64,000 bases of DNA, taken from Lepidodermella squamata. Lineage: Eukaryota > Animalia > Gastrotricha. Numbering within the stretch: the first letter of the stretch is position 1; each line of letters opens with the position of its first letter. Location: NCBI GenBank assembly GCA_047495785.1, contig JBLDXI010000010.1:2294001-2358000 (forward strand), read 5' to 3'. Below, one piece after another: positions 51,568-64,000 of the stretch. The notes under the pieces were generated by a model that had not been told where the DNA came from, did not search any database, and worked only from the letters and a program-made list of their open reading frames with translations. The position numbers were made by a program, and so were the translations under genes.

Positions 51568-53030
51568 AATCGACCTCGATATTTTGTCCTCTATCTGTTG
51601 TCTTGTTTTATGTCGCAAATTTTTAATAAAATATTTTATCCCAAATTTAATTGAAAAGCGCATTTTCTCCTAATCATCATAGAACAAAGATCTAAACCAC
51701 TAGGATCAAGCCAAGTCACTCTGAAAATAATCTCTCGTATGGGCATTGTTTCCAGTTTATTTACAATTGACCACCTGGGAATGTTAATTCTTCCCTCGAA
51801 AGGACATTCACTCATTGCCATAAATAATGAATCCGTTCCTATTAACACGTGATTGATAGCTGGGACGACTACAGGAGGAGGAAATCAGCTCGGAATCTAG
51901 AATCAGAATTCAGAAGCCTTGATCATTTAGAATCAAAAACTAATTCGCGGAAAATCTCTGTACTTTCGATCGGACGCTTGGAAAACGATATGTTCATTTG
52001 TAACTCGATTAAACTGTGTTGAAACGTGAAAGGGAACGAGGAACGTAAGGACATCATATCGCTTTGATATCCACAAAATCTAGCCGCTGAGGTCATTGCT
52101 GCGTAATTTTCACATGTTCTCACTTGGTGCATATTTTTAATCGGCAGCCTCAGTGCGAGTACAACAAATCGGTGACAGTCGACCTCGAAAAATCCCGCAG
52201 ATTCACCTGGCTTTCCTATGAGTAGGACAAGTCTTTAGCAATATTGAAAAAATTAAACGTTTCTGTCCGTGACTCGCGGATTGACCCATAAAAGGCTAAA
52301 CGGATTGTTAGTCCTATCTTAGAGTCATGACAAGCGTGAATGACCTGGTAGTTTGGGCTACGAATTGTTTAAAGAACTCAAATTGCGTTCATTTTTTCAC
52401 TCTGCGACTAAGATTTATTCTCCTGCTCGTCAGGATAGCCTTAAACCTGGTACGAAAACCCACGAGTCGTTGTAGCCCTATTCGTAAATGCCCTACCCCC
52501 TCCCTCGACTTTCCGAAAAACCTGGTTAGTTCATTTCTCGAACTGTCGGTCCCATTCGAGCGGCTTGTATGCTTTTGACAAAATACAAAATTAACCAACA
52601 GCTGAAGCTTCAATATCCAACCACGCCTAAGGCCGCATTTCGATGCGTTAAGTTGCTGGGGTGCAAATTTTTTGTCATGGAAATTTCGCCAAACTGAAAG
52701 GTTAAAAAGAGCCGAGACTGAACTGACAGATAAAGAATACGCTTCAGTGAGCTAATTCGCCCATCCGCTCGCCTAGAACTTGAGGCGCGTCCGATGCCGC
52801 TAGCCCTACCTGCAATCTTCATTATATTCATGATAGTACCCACGCAAAGGTGGGTACGTTGCCCATTAGCCAACGGCACATTTCCAATTTCCAATTAATT
52901 CTACTGCATAAGTCTGGCGGCAAACACCTTGAACCTTCGCTGAATGAAAGAAATTGGTAACAAATCCTTAATAATAAAAAATTCAAAAAATGGCGTTTTA
53001 TTTTGACATTTTTACTAAAAAACGGAAAGA

Positions 53031-54131
53031 TCAATAGACGTGAACGAAGAGACCATTGAACGCCTCGTTGAGCATGCGCCGAGCCGCCAGCGCCATCGAA
53101 TAGCCGCCGGCGCGTTCGTGCGCGTGACTCGGCCGCAACGCCCCGACGTAGTCTGCAAGCGCGTCCAACTCGCTGGTCTCGAGCAGCATCGCCAGACCCA
53201 CCGTGTCGATCTTCGGCCGCGCCCTCGCCGACGCCAACAACTCAACCGCCGATATCTGCGTCGCCTCGGCCTGCGCCCGTTTCGCCATGGCCGCCTCCAA
53301 CTCGGCCGTGGTCATCGCAGTTCGCGCTTTCTCGTTCGCCTTCTCCTTCGCCACCTGCAAATGCGACTCGATAATCTCCTCAGCCGTCGCGTTCGACGTG
53401 ATCAGCTCTTCGATCAACGCCTCGCGGTCGCTTTGCAGGCGCCGCTTTTCGGCCAGCCGCTCAGCTGTCGACGCTTCGGTGAGTTTACGGTTCCGCTCCG
53501 TTTCCTCCGCGATGAGACTCTCCAAAATCTCTTCATCTTTCGATTTCTTGAACTTGTTCCGCTTTATCGTGTCCTTGTTTTCGCGTTTGTAACGCTCGAT
53601 CATTTCTTTCGTCTCTTTCACGTCGACATTGTTCGCTAGATTGAAAACTACAACGACATTAAGTTACGAGAATTACAGGGACAGTTGAACTCACTCATGG
53701 TTTCGATCATTTCCAAGTAGTCATTGTACTCGTCCGGGTTTTCGAAATCGTCCTCTCGTTTATTGAAGCTGGAAAATAGCAATTTAACAGTCGCACCCAA
53801 ATGAATGAACTAAAAGCGTACTCTTTCGTGATTCGCCGCCTAATTTCCAGCTCTTTTTCAACGTAGGCGTCATCGAACAGCCGCAGGCGAAAATCGGCTC
53901 GTTTTAGTGGCAGGTTGCATTCTGGACAGGCGGCTGAACCGCGCACAAACATCATCTCGACGCAGTTTTTGCACAAAGGATGGCCGCAAATCTTAAATTT
54001 CAAACGAACAATAGAAAGGCAGAGAAATCGAAGAAAATGTGACTAACATTGACTAGCAAGGTCAAGTTGGGATCTTTCAGCTTTGTGGCCAGGCATTTCG
54101 GACACTGCGCGTCTTCGTCGTAGAAACTCAT
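53031..54131 (-). CDS. MNAT1: CDK-activating kinase assembly factor MAT1, ~314 aa
   Basis: Exons 54131-54048, 53991-53822, 53768-53695, 53647-53031. RING CPKC...CGHPLC.NCV...CPEC, FDDAYVEKELEIRRRI, FNKREDDF, and C-terminal AGGY...A..R.L.EAF.GL. Confidence 0.95.
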
Positions 54132-56447
54132 TATAATACTGATAAAAATACTAAAATTTAAAATAACAGAATTCAAGGTAAAACTGTATCACAAATGCAC
54201 GAAATCGGAATAAATTTCAACGTTCTTAAAATTACGCCAAGTCCTCTTTGATAGCAAATTGTCTTATTAATATGCTTCGCGTGCGAATCAACCATTGCCG
54301 ATCTCCATGATCACTACGGTCTCTATTCCCACGTAATTCTATTCATTCACACCTTATTCAACGAAATATTTGCCTTCGCCTTCAGTTGCTGATCCTGAAA
54401 CTATTCGTAGGATTCGTAGAAACTCATCAGTATTCACTTCGAGATCAGGCCTCAAATACTCAAAGTACTCAAAGTACCCCCTATTTCAAACTTCTTGTAT
54501 TTCGAATGTTTAGAGCGTGAATTCAGTTTCCTAATGTGATAACGTTAACGACGCGCCAAAACAACCACTTAAATGACTCGTTCGATCGTACTTCTAGTCG
54601 CCTATGATGAAGTACGTTAGGCCTTTTGAGAACCGATTTTTTTTATCTATCGAACGTACTTTCCTCATAAAATCTAAAAATAGTAAAGTGGTTGTTTTGG
54701 CGCGTAGCTAACGCTATCATCTCTCATTGACTTGCCTCTGGAAGATTACTGATAAATTTATATCTTTCCACCTTAGATAGTTGTTTATACAAATACCACC
54801 GAAGGATGTCCAGCTCGTAACAAATTGCTAACCATGATCGTTCACAGGTTATTGGCCCAACGATGCCCGCCATTTTAATACCTCCTGAGATTAATCCCAT
54901 CGAGGGTGATTTTGCCCCCAGGGTGCATTTACAGATTATCTTATGCACCTGCAAACCATTATGGCTAAACACTTGACACAAGACACGTTTACTAGCGGCG
55001 GTACTGCCTCGAAGGCTGCTTGGGGCCACCGTGATTCGTCGGTAAAATTACTGATGGTTCGTCGTGTGGCGTCTGAGCTCCATCATCTCATATTCCCTAC
55101 GGCTACGGCTGCGGCACAGTCGGAAGCGTTGAATGCTTTCTTCGGCACCCCATCCGTGGCTAGAAAGGACCGAGCTATCGAGTCATTGCAGATGACCCAG
55201 AGTCAGTTTACTCCGGATGACTATGTCTGTGCCATCGTCAGGCTTCAACGAAGGCCGGCTGGATCACGGACGATGTTTCCCTGTCATGTGTCTTCCAACG
55301 TGACTAGCCAAGTATCTATGCCGAGTTTAGAAACTCTCAACTTAAGCTAACGGCCTTGACGCTAACTGCTGCCATTGACGCTTTCCGGACGGAGACGCGT
55401 CCGGACGGAGACGGAGCGCTTTGCATCTAGCTCATGCAGTTGACGAAGCCGCTCATGGACGTGGTCGGAGTCGGCCAATTTTCAATTCAGCTACTACAAC
55501 TGTGGGTGTATTACTGCGTTGCTAGCTGATTCCACTTCAGACTTCGGCTATGCCCGTTCAAGCAATCTGTCGAACGCGGATCATTAATGTGGATAGCTTT
55601 GGCTTCACCCCTGGCTTTTTTAGTCCCCAAAGCCACTACTAAATCGAAGACCTTAGAAGAGCACATTAAATCGCTCAATCCCAGGAACTTTTATGGTGCC
55701 GGATCGGGTCGTGATCAGGTCACGCTCTCCATTGCCAGCGACCGCGGATCGATCATCGGCGGACCATCCAAGAAACAGAAGCGCATCGTTGAATCTTCAG
55801 ATGGCGAGGATGAGAAAGAAGAAACGCCGCCGGTTACTCCTAAAAGAAAGCTTCCAGTCGCCCCGAGCTCGGCCGCCTCAACAAATGAGAAAAATCCGCT
55901 AAGCTCAAAAAGCCTCAGCGGTAAAAAGCGTATGAGAGTGGAGACGCAGGCTTGGATCTGGCTTCAAAAAGACTTGGAATGGTAATCAAAATTGGTCTTT
56001 CTGAAAAGCCAGCCTAACGAAGTCAGCAGTCGTTTCAAGTGAAGATTTGCTCACCAGTATCCGAACAAAAACGTCAACGAGTCTACAACAACATTATTCC
56101 TTGCAGAAGACTACAAAAGATCGTGAAGATCTGCAACTATTTACCAGCCTATTGCTTTCAAATATTGGATGCGTGTGATTGCCTAATTCTAAACCTTTTC
56201 TTTCTCTTATAAATTGACAAGGCTGAACATGTTTGGTAAATAATAATAGTAATACAGCGCTCTTTTTGGCTTAAATTTGGGATATAAATCCATCTTAGTG
56301 GCGCAGAAAACATTCAAAAATTTCACTTTGTCGAAGAAGCGACTTTCGATTTCGATTTCGATTTTATTCTTTGACAAGATTTGTATGCGGTATGAAAGAA
56401 CATTGAAAAACAAGATGATAGAATAAACAAAAAACGCAAGATTCAAC

Positions 56448-57514
56448 CTAGTAGTAAGTCGCCCAGCCGGAACCGTCACGCGGCACCAGCTGCCCAGCCG
56501 CTAGCAGGATGATGTCGACCAGCCACCAGATGCCGAATCCGCCCAGTGTCAGTAGTTTGCCGACCCCGGTTTCGGTGTGGCCCAGCGCGAACCGGTCGAC
56601 CCCGAAAAAGCCGAGAAACACCGAGTAGAGCAGGACGGTGAGGAAGTAGTGCTCGCCGGGGCGTTGGTCGCACGGCGCATCTGTGCGCTGGAACCGCCGC
56701 TCGCCGTAGCACATGACGCCGTCGAGCACGGTGCACGTGGGGGCGAGGTGCAGGGGCAGCAAGGCGCCGATGTTGTTGGCATTCCACTGCTGACAACTCG
56801 CGATGTAATCGTCCGAGCCGGCTAGGAATAGCGGTCCTAAATTTCATCAGTAAAAATGAATTTTACGCTGCATCAAATCGAAGTAACTTGATTTTCCTAA
56901 ACCGCCGAAATTCAAAATTTTTCGAATAATTAAAAAATCACAAATTTAAAAAATTGAACAAGTTTCTGCAACGATTTTTTTCAAATTTCTGATTTAATTT
57001 CTCAGCTCAAATTCAGCTACAAATTTAGCAAAATTTTTCGGAATTTTCGAAAATAAAAATAAATTATAAGGAAATTAAATTACGATTTCCTTTACCTTCT
57101 TATGACTTTAAAAACATGACAAAATATGATTGAAGACCAAAATTCAAATGACTCATAGTTTGCGGTGAAATTTAGTCCAACTGCAAAACATTCTGAATTG
57201 AATTTGTAATTACCTGAAGCTGTAGTAGTTGAAGATGCGTTGTTGGCTTGACCTTGCTGGGCATTGTTAGCCGGCGAATCAAAGCCGCAGGTGACGAATT
57301 CATCGGGTAGAAATTCGCAGCGAACGAGGGCCGAATTCGGGTTGTAACTCGCCGCGTCGATCATGGCTGATAGGTTTTCGAAGTCGAAGTCAGGCGGTTC
57401 CTTCGTTGGGAACATGATGTTGAGGCCGCTCTCCATGTAGGCCAGGTCGTGCGGAAGCCATTGCTCGGCTCGCGTCACTGCGGCCAAAACGGCCACTAGC
57501 AACAGCAAACTCAT
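56448..57514 (-). CDS. TM2D2: TM2 domain-containing protein 2, ~224 aa
   Basis: Exons 57514-57214 and 56821(or 56836)-56448. Signal peptide, [55 protein letters not shown]...DGS.W..YY. Confidence 0.9.
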
Positions 57515-57914
57515 TATTTTCAACACTAAATCATCTAAAAATAATTTGAATTTTTTTAAAATAAATTGAATGACCAATAGGTAATGTACAATAACCTGCA
57601 AAAATAGTGTTTAATTAGCTATTGATCAGTTTATTTCCCTTTTTTGAATAGTCCAGCCGATAATTCTCTGAAAATCGGGCCAAATTCGAATTTTTCTCAA
57701 TCCCTTATTTTCTCAATCAAACTGCTATTGGTAATTCCATCATAATTGCCTGAGAGTTTTTGAATTTTCTATCATTGAATAAATGGAGATTTGGAGGTCG
57801 AAGTTATACGAATTCGAGGATTTTCAAAGCATCGAATTTTTATTTTCAAAAAATTGTATATTATAAAAAACCAAATCGAGGATAAACGAAGAGATGACTT
57901 TAGTTCGAAATCAC

Positions 57915-60900
57915 TCAAAATCCGCGTTCGATGAAAGCGTGTTCCGTGAGCAGTAAAATCGTACTCGGGTGGTTGGGCAGTGGGCGGGCGGATGGCGCTA
58001 AGACGGTCATCATTTTTCGAGTGTCATCGACTGCGGTTGCCACGCAAAAGCCGAGTAGCGGCGATGCGACGACTTCGTCCTCTTCCGTGGCCTGAGAAAC
58101 CGCGAGAAGGCGGTGGAGGAGGGTGGTTGAGGACGGGGCGACTGGCACGAGGCTGGTCGAGCGGTCTTCGACGCGCAGGCCGATGGGCAGGCACGAGTCG
58201 GGCACCGGCGCTTCGAAGCCGATTTTGAACACCGTCACATCGCTGAACCGCACGTCGAATACCTAAAAAATTGAAGAATCAACAAGTTAAAGGAAAGAAA
58301 TTGACTTGAAATTTTGGGAAGATCCGTGTTCGAAAAACCATCCCTCTTAGTCTCATAGCTGTACTTATGCATGAAATTTCGACTTCCCCTTTGAACCTTT
58401 ATCTTCACGCTGAACTGCTGATTCGCGTGATTTGAGGTCTAAAATCATTCGTCGCCTCGAATTAGGGGCAACAGGAAGGCTAACTTTTCGCAAACTAGTC
58501 AGGACTTTCGAAGACGGACTTCTCCTTGCGATCAATCTAGTGTTGATGAGCGATCTACCGCGTGATTTATACAACGTGATTGACCGTTAACATGAGGAAA
58601 ACAGAATTTTTAGAACTTATCAGGAAATTTATCAATTATATTGATCAAACAAGTCAGTAGCGCTACACGCTTGAATAGCTACGGACACGGACCATGGTTC
58701 ATTTTCACGATCCAAATTGAGTGATCAAAACATTATCGATTTTCAGGAGAAAAACATCGAAAAAAATAGCAAACCTGAGGGAACAAATGACAGGCTGTTA
58801 GCGAGCGTGGAGTTCGATCGCCGTAGAAATATTGCTTGATCCGCACGTCCCGCGTCGCAATTCGCTGCTCTTTCGACCGCGAAACAACGCCGCCCGACTT
58901 GGGCAGTAGCACCACCTTGACATGCGACGGCAACTCGCGCTTCAGTTGCGAACACAGCCGCTCTTGGTCGAGGACTAGCACGACATCGGCGTCGAAGGAC
59001 GTGGCCGCGTGGACCAGGCACTGGTAGCCGTCGGCTCGCACCCAGTTCGACGCCCGCACGATCACGCCGGAGACAGCCGCGTTTTTCGCCGATTTCGTGC
59101 GCAGACTCACAGCTTCGGCTAAATTCGCGATCAGCAGATTGTACAGCTGCGTGTTGGCGCTCGGCGAGTGGTGCCCGAAATTGTACATCAACGGCGCCAT
59201 TTCGCCGTAAGACTCTTCCACGCCAATCTAAGTAGATGAAATTGTCACAAATGAAAATTCGCTGCAAAAAGTATTTTGCTGACGGTTGAAATATAATTCT
59301 TTTGAATAAATTTGAAAATAAATTTAAAAATTTATTGCATTATTTTTGGATTTTTACCGAATTCTTAAACTTCTCAGAAATTAGAAAATTAAATTTCCAA
59401 TCAATTTTCAAGGTCGCCAAATATTCGACGTGAAGGCATCCAGGTCGGTTTTATGTTTTACCTGTCGATCGGCGATGACAGCGCCAATTGTGCACGGCAT
59501 TGAGATTTGGCTGTCACTCGGGTCGAGGTCGACGAAAATCGGCGACCAACCCGACCGAACGGCGTAGTTGACGAGGATGCGGCACAGCGAGGCTTTGCCA
59601 ACGTCAGCCGGACCGGCGACGAACACGCGCGGGCCGCGGATATCCGGCTTTGGCTCTTCTTCTTCCGGCTCAGCGCCATCGCCAGTCGGCGGCTTCGCCT
59701 CTTTCGCTTTTTTAGCCGTCTCAGCCTGGAAAAAATATTGTAAAAAATTACTCGATTTCCCGCAGAAGTTTACATTAATTCAACAAAATATATATATCGA
59801 ATAAATTTAATCGATAAGAATGTAAATGCTAGACTCAAATGAATAGGATAAAGCAATAGGTAAGAGGAATTCTCTGATTGTAAGACCAGTTCAGGTTCAA
59901 ATTTACCAAAAGGGTTCAGCATTTCTTTGGTTTTTGTCTATTGAGAAAATCCGACCTAAAACGTCAGTCCGATCATGAGAATCCTGCTAGGGTTGAAGGA
60001 TCAGTTCTGCCGGATGATGTCTACCCAGACCAGCCATATCTGATATGATTAAGTTCTGCAACTCTCGAACAAACAAGCAAATAAAACATGCTGACATTCT
60101 ACTTTCGAATTTTAGAACGAAAATTGGCGCAATTCTCATCTAAGAAGTCTCACTACACTATGCACCAGATGGTGCTCCTTCGGCGTCGTTGATGTATCCC
60201 TACGCAAGTCTGATGCCATCGATTTATTATAAAGCATTCAAGGGTTCCATACTCGGCGCCTAGCCTCGTAATGTTCTCCAGAATCGAATCAGTTCGTGGG
60301 AATTGCAAGCCTCGATGCAAGCTTTCGAAATTTCTGCCAACGAAGCAAGATGAATAGACCGTGAAAATCCGGTCATGGAAATCTGCCGAAATCCGCTCAA
60401 TGCTCAACGCGATGATGAGCATGGCAACAAAACTAAGACGGAAAAATGCTGCGACTTCTTCCGAAGCCCCTAAATCACCATAGCTCAATTTATCAGCGAT
60501 GAAGGAGGATTCAAAGTTGATGCGGTACAAACCAAACTCGAATACGATGACTTCGATTCGTCTCGCAAAATCAAAGAACTAGCTGCACCCGTGAAACATA
60601 ACTAACTGAGCTTTCGTGCAACAAAAGGGGTCGCCTGGTCTGAGGCATTTCGTCAATCGATTAAACATAGCAGCTCACATGCGAAGTATCCCAAAATGGC
60701 TCCCTTATTTAAGCCCTTCAAGAAAAACTGGGTAGGCGTGTGGCGTAGAATATCTAACCGCAAACGAGGCTTTAATGAAACTCAAGCTACTTAAGCTCAA
60801 AAATCGAGCACAAGGGAGGAAATGATGATATATGAAACTAGCAGCGAGATGGAAAAAACCCTATGGTAACTGATTCAGTAATTATCTGAATTTTTCCTCA

Positions 60901-61521
60901 TTTTTTTCATTTCCAACGAAAGCTTATATTCTTGATTTTAATACATTTTTTACACTTTTTCAAACCTGTTAGTTACGAATTCGAACATTTCAGGTTTTTC
61001 CGTAAACGCTAATATTTCCTCAATTTTTTTCCCGAAAATTGAAATAGTGACACAACGCTGAATCTCACCTCTTGAAGGGCCCACTCTTCGGCGGCGCGGC
61101 GTCGCAGCTGGTCGAGCGCCGCGTGCGTGTTCAAGTACGTGACCATGGGCGTCTCGCGCGCGACGTAGCACACCTCGCAGCGGCCGCGCAGGCGCACCGT
61201 CGCGCCGTGCCACGTGAAAATCGCCAGTTTCGACTCGGCCGCAAACGTGTACGTGACGTTCTTCGCCAGCTCGGTGCCGAACAGCTCCGCGTTGCCGCGC
61301 ATCAACTCGAGCTCAAGCCCAGCTAGCGGGATCGCAGCTGATGACCCGCCCTGCTGCGAAGAATCTCCGCCACCGCCACCGCCTCCCGCCTCGCTTTTAC
61401 TCTTCGCTTTCGACGAGGCGATCACTGAACCGGGCGGCAGGGCTGCGGCGACTTCGAAGCGCAACTCGCAGTCGGGGTCGAGCTGGAACTCGGCATCGTC
61501 GAATTCCTGAACGTCACTCAT
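57915..61521 (-). CDS. CLP1: CLP1 (polyribonucleotide 5'-kinase / cleavage factor II subunit), ~505 aa
   Basis: Exons 61521-61069, 59725-59462, 59227-58775, 58262-57915, all phase 0. Motifs ELRFEV, G.AELFGTEL, AIFTWHG, ETPM..YLN.H.AL, GP.DVGK..LCRIL.NYAVR, LPKSGGVV.RS, YFYG. Confidence 0.95.
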
Positions 61522-61764
61522 TACAAGTATTAAATATCTTAAAAATAATCACACACAATAACAACAAGTTTTATTCCGATTTTATTAAGCCGCTCTATTT
61601 AATTATTAGGGTGAATTAATTAACGATTAATTATTATTATTATTATTATTACGAGACAAATAAGCCCAATAAATCATGAAATTATAGCCTAAAAACGAAT
61701 GTTTGTCTTTATTTTTTTGCCTCTAATACTGGGCCTAAATGCGCGGCTTGGTGACGATAATTTT

Positions 61765-64000
61765 CTAGGCAGAAATGCAGGTCGCAGACTGGCGCCAAGC
61801 TTCCTGGTTCAGGTAGACGACTTTGGAGCGCGGGAAGCCGTTGAAGGTGCTGGCGGCCGCCATCGTGTACGCGCCCATCTGGCGGAAGACGAGCCAGTCG
61901 CCGACGTCGAGCTCCGGCAGTTCGAGCTCCTTCAGGATGCAGTCCATCGAGTCGCACGTCGGGCCCCAAACGGAGCACGCGTGCACCTCCTGCATCGCGT
62001 TCTCGCCGAGGCGGCTCAGGAAACGGCCGTGTTGCGTGAACACTTCCGGGCGCACGACAGCGTGGTCGAATAGCACACAGTTGAACGAACCGTAGACGCC
62101 ATCTACAATTTATAATCAACATTAAAATTTCAGCAAATTTCAGAAAAATAAATTAAATCAGAAAATGGTTCGCTTTTTATAGGGAAATCAAAAACTTATT
62201 TCTGGTCATTATGCGCTGAATATGTTATAAATAAAATCACATTAATCACGTTATTTTTAATTCCGGTCTCGAGTTTTCAAGTTCAACAAGCTTTTTTCGT
62301 TCTCGTCAACCCAAATGAACGTGTTAACAAAAAGGCCAGAAATATGGTGACCCCGGTAAGCAAATATTGAAGCAAACCCCTGAAACCTTATAAATAATCA
62401 AATAACGCCCTCGATCTACTGTGAGATGTAAAATTTACCCGCTGAGCCCCCAGATGCAAGGAGATTTATTTTTGGTTATTTACCTAAACAGTTTTCTTGA
62501 TCAAATAGAAGCTTTTGTCGACAGGTAAAAAAACTTTGGAAGTAAGCCAGAAATTGATGATTCACAAGCGCCTGGTGTACTTTCCACCTTTCAGAATTTC
62601 GCATGCGATTAGCAGGCTGTTTTTCATGATAATATAATCTACACGCTATGTAAATAAGCCACTCAACCTCGCTACAAACAGCTGCTCGCTTTTTTTCTCC
62701 CCAACCGAGTGAGTCATTGTCACGAAAACACGACCGAATATCGAGATAACAATTAAACGAATAATGATAGCCCCAAAATGAAGAGACAATTTATCGGAGG
62801 GGAACATTTTTTTTTAATATATTGAGATGAACATTAATGATAGCGTAAGTACTCACCGTTCACGTAATACATGAATTTCTTTGACAGCGAGTTTGTTTCA
62901 TCATTCTTCTCGGCCATAACACGGCACGACGTGATGCAAACCGCCAGCGCGAAAGCAGCCGAAGCAAAATAACGGCCCGGCTCGGCAATAACACGAACAT
63001 GCGGGAACTCAGCAGCCGGGAAAAACTCATCCAGCGAAGCGTTGCAGACGCGAGCGATTTGTTCAAAGGTGACCTGACCGTCCTCGCTACCCGGGAAACC
63101 TCCGCCAATGTCTAAGAAGTGGAAAGATTGGTCGTATCCCAACTTAGCGGCCGTGTCAAAAACGAAACGCGCCGATTTCAGGGCGTCGTTGTACTGCGCA
63201 GCGTCGTAGCAACCGGAGCCTACGTGGAAACTGACGCCGATTACCTTGAGCTGCATTGCAAGCGCTGCCGCGAGCAACGGCTCGACGGAAGACAGAGCAG
63301 CGCCGAATTTAACACTGAACCGGCAGACAGACTTGGAATCATCGGTGACGATGCGCAGGACAAGCTCAGCCTCAGGGTAGTCCTGCTTGATCTTGACCAG
63401 CTCGGTCAAGTTGTCGAACGTCATCATGCGAACGCCCTTCTCGCGGGCGTAGCGAATGTGCGAAGCGGGCTTGCACGGGTTCGCGTAGATAATACGCGAT
63501 GGTTCAACGCCCATGTCCAGCATAGTCTGGATCTCAGCCTTCGATGCGCAGTCGAAGCCCGTGCCTAGCTTCTCCAGGGTGTTCAGCAGTACCTTGTCGG
63601 TATTGCACTTGATTGCGTAAAATGGTTCGATACGCGGTAGAAGCGACTTCCATTTGTCGAACTGTTTCACAACAATGCCTAGATCCCCGACGAAAAATGG
63701 CTCCTCGCCGTCGCCATTTTCGATTTCGCGTTCCAAAACATGGTCCAGAGTTAACGCATGAGATGTTGATGCAATTCTCGGATTCGGGAAGTTTTCACCA
63801 TTGTAATCATCGTCGTCGAAGCAAGTCAGATGAAAACATTCATCCTCCAGCTCAGCCGATTTCGACTTTGGCGGCGTAAACTTCTCGAGGCGATCGAGAA
63901 CCGCTAATCCAACGCTCGCGATGGCTAGATTACTAATATCATAGCCAATGCGGCGAACGTGAAAGGATTCCAGGGAGGCATTGTTGTGAGTAACAGCTAG
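61765..64000 (-). CDS. ODC1: Ornithine decarboxylase, catalytically intact; 5' end unresolved
   Basis: Exons 64000(open)-62857 and 62102-61765. Motifs PFYAIKCN (PLP Lys), GFDCAS, FHVGSG, LDIGGGF, IAEPGRY, YVND|GVYGSFNC, WGPTCDSMD (catalytic Cys), MGAYT. Confidence 0.95.
63925..63981 (-). promoter_or_regulatory. Candidate regulatory uORF MPPWNPFTFAALAMILVI*
   Basis: ATG 63981 (A at -3) to TAG 63927-25, out of frame with and overlapping the ODC frame; PPWxP motif. Confidence 0.5.

Noticed and set aside
53040-53639. Long antisense or alternate-frame ORFs over GC-rich exons (also in STELLO, CLP1, ODC)
   Set aside because: Shadow ORFs produced by high GC3 of the real genes.
54724-56100. ORFs between MNAT1 and TM2D2
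   Set aside because: Fragmented, with no family motif or consistent splice chain; probably a decayed repeat.
60000-60810. Gypsy-like pol remnant in CLP1 intron 1
   Set aside because: Only a faint resemblance (APLFKPFKK..W); too degenerate to call.
60820-60875. C/D-box snoRNA (ATGATGA...CTGA)
   Set aside because: Too short, antisense to the host CLP1 intron, and no recognisable guide.
1-64000. CRISPR arrays, rRNA, SL RNA or snRNA genes
   Set aside because: None recognised; only short microsatellites, e.g. GATTTC at ~37010 and TTA at ~61630.

Overview
Gene-dense eukaryotic DNA, most likely from a small invertebrate animal. It has GT-AG introns, GC/CpG-rich exon cores, AT-rich introns and the standard genetic code. 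I reconstructed 13 spliced genes by hand; each complete exon chain joins in frame. On + are an unknown coiled-coil protein, a SANBR/KIAA1841-like gene, MLH3, UTP25/DIEXF, three tandem STELLO/DUF288 glycosyltransferase-like genes and a small cationic secreted peptide. On - are an MKP-type DUSP, MNAT1, TM2D2, CLP1 and ODC (its frame runs off the window edge). Long introns carry many transposon relics: nested piggyBac MITEs, MULE, Tc1/mariner, CR1- and RTE-type LINEs, a gag knuckle, a tyrosine recombinase, a tRNA-derived SINE and Helitron-like ends. The most notable observations are: (1) an MPPWNP uORF overlapping an AUG-less ODC N-terminal frame; (2) an operon-like layout with unpaired splice acceptors just before most start codons, suggesting SL trans-splicing; (3) a minimal hammerhead ribozyme in an intron; (4) a hidden LicD/fukutin fragment next to a Helitron-like end; (5) an apparently ATPase-dead mini-MLH3 and a possibly kinase-dead CLP1; (6) a STELLO triplet with conversion-like tracts and unshared introns. 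All family calls come from motif recognition, not database searches.
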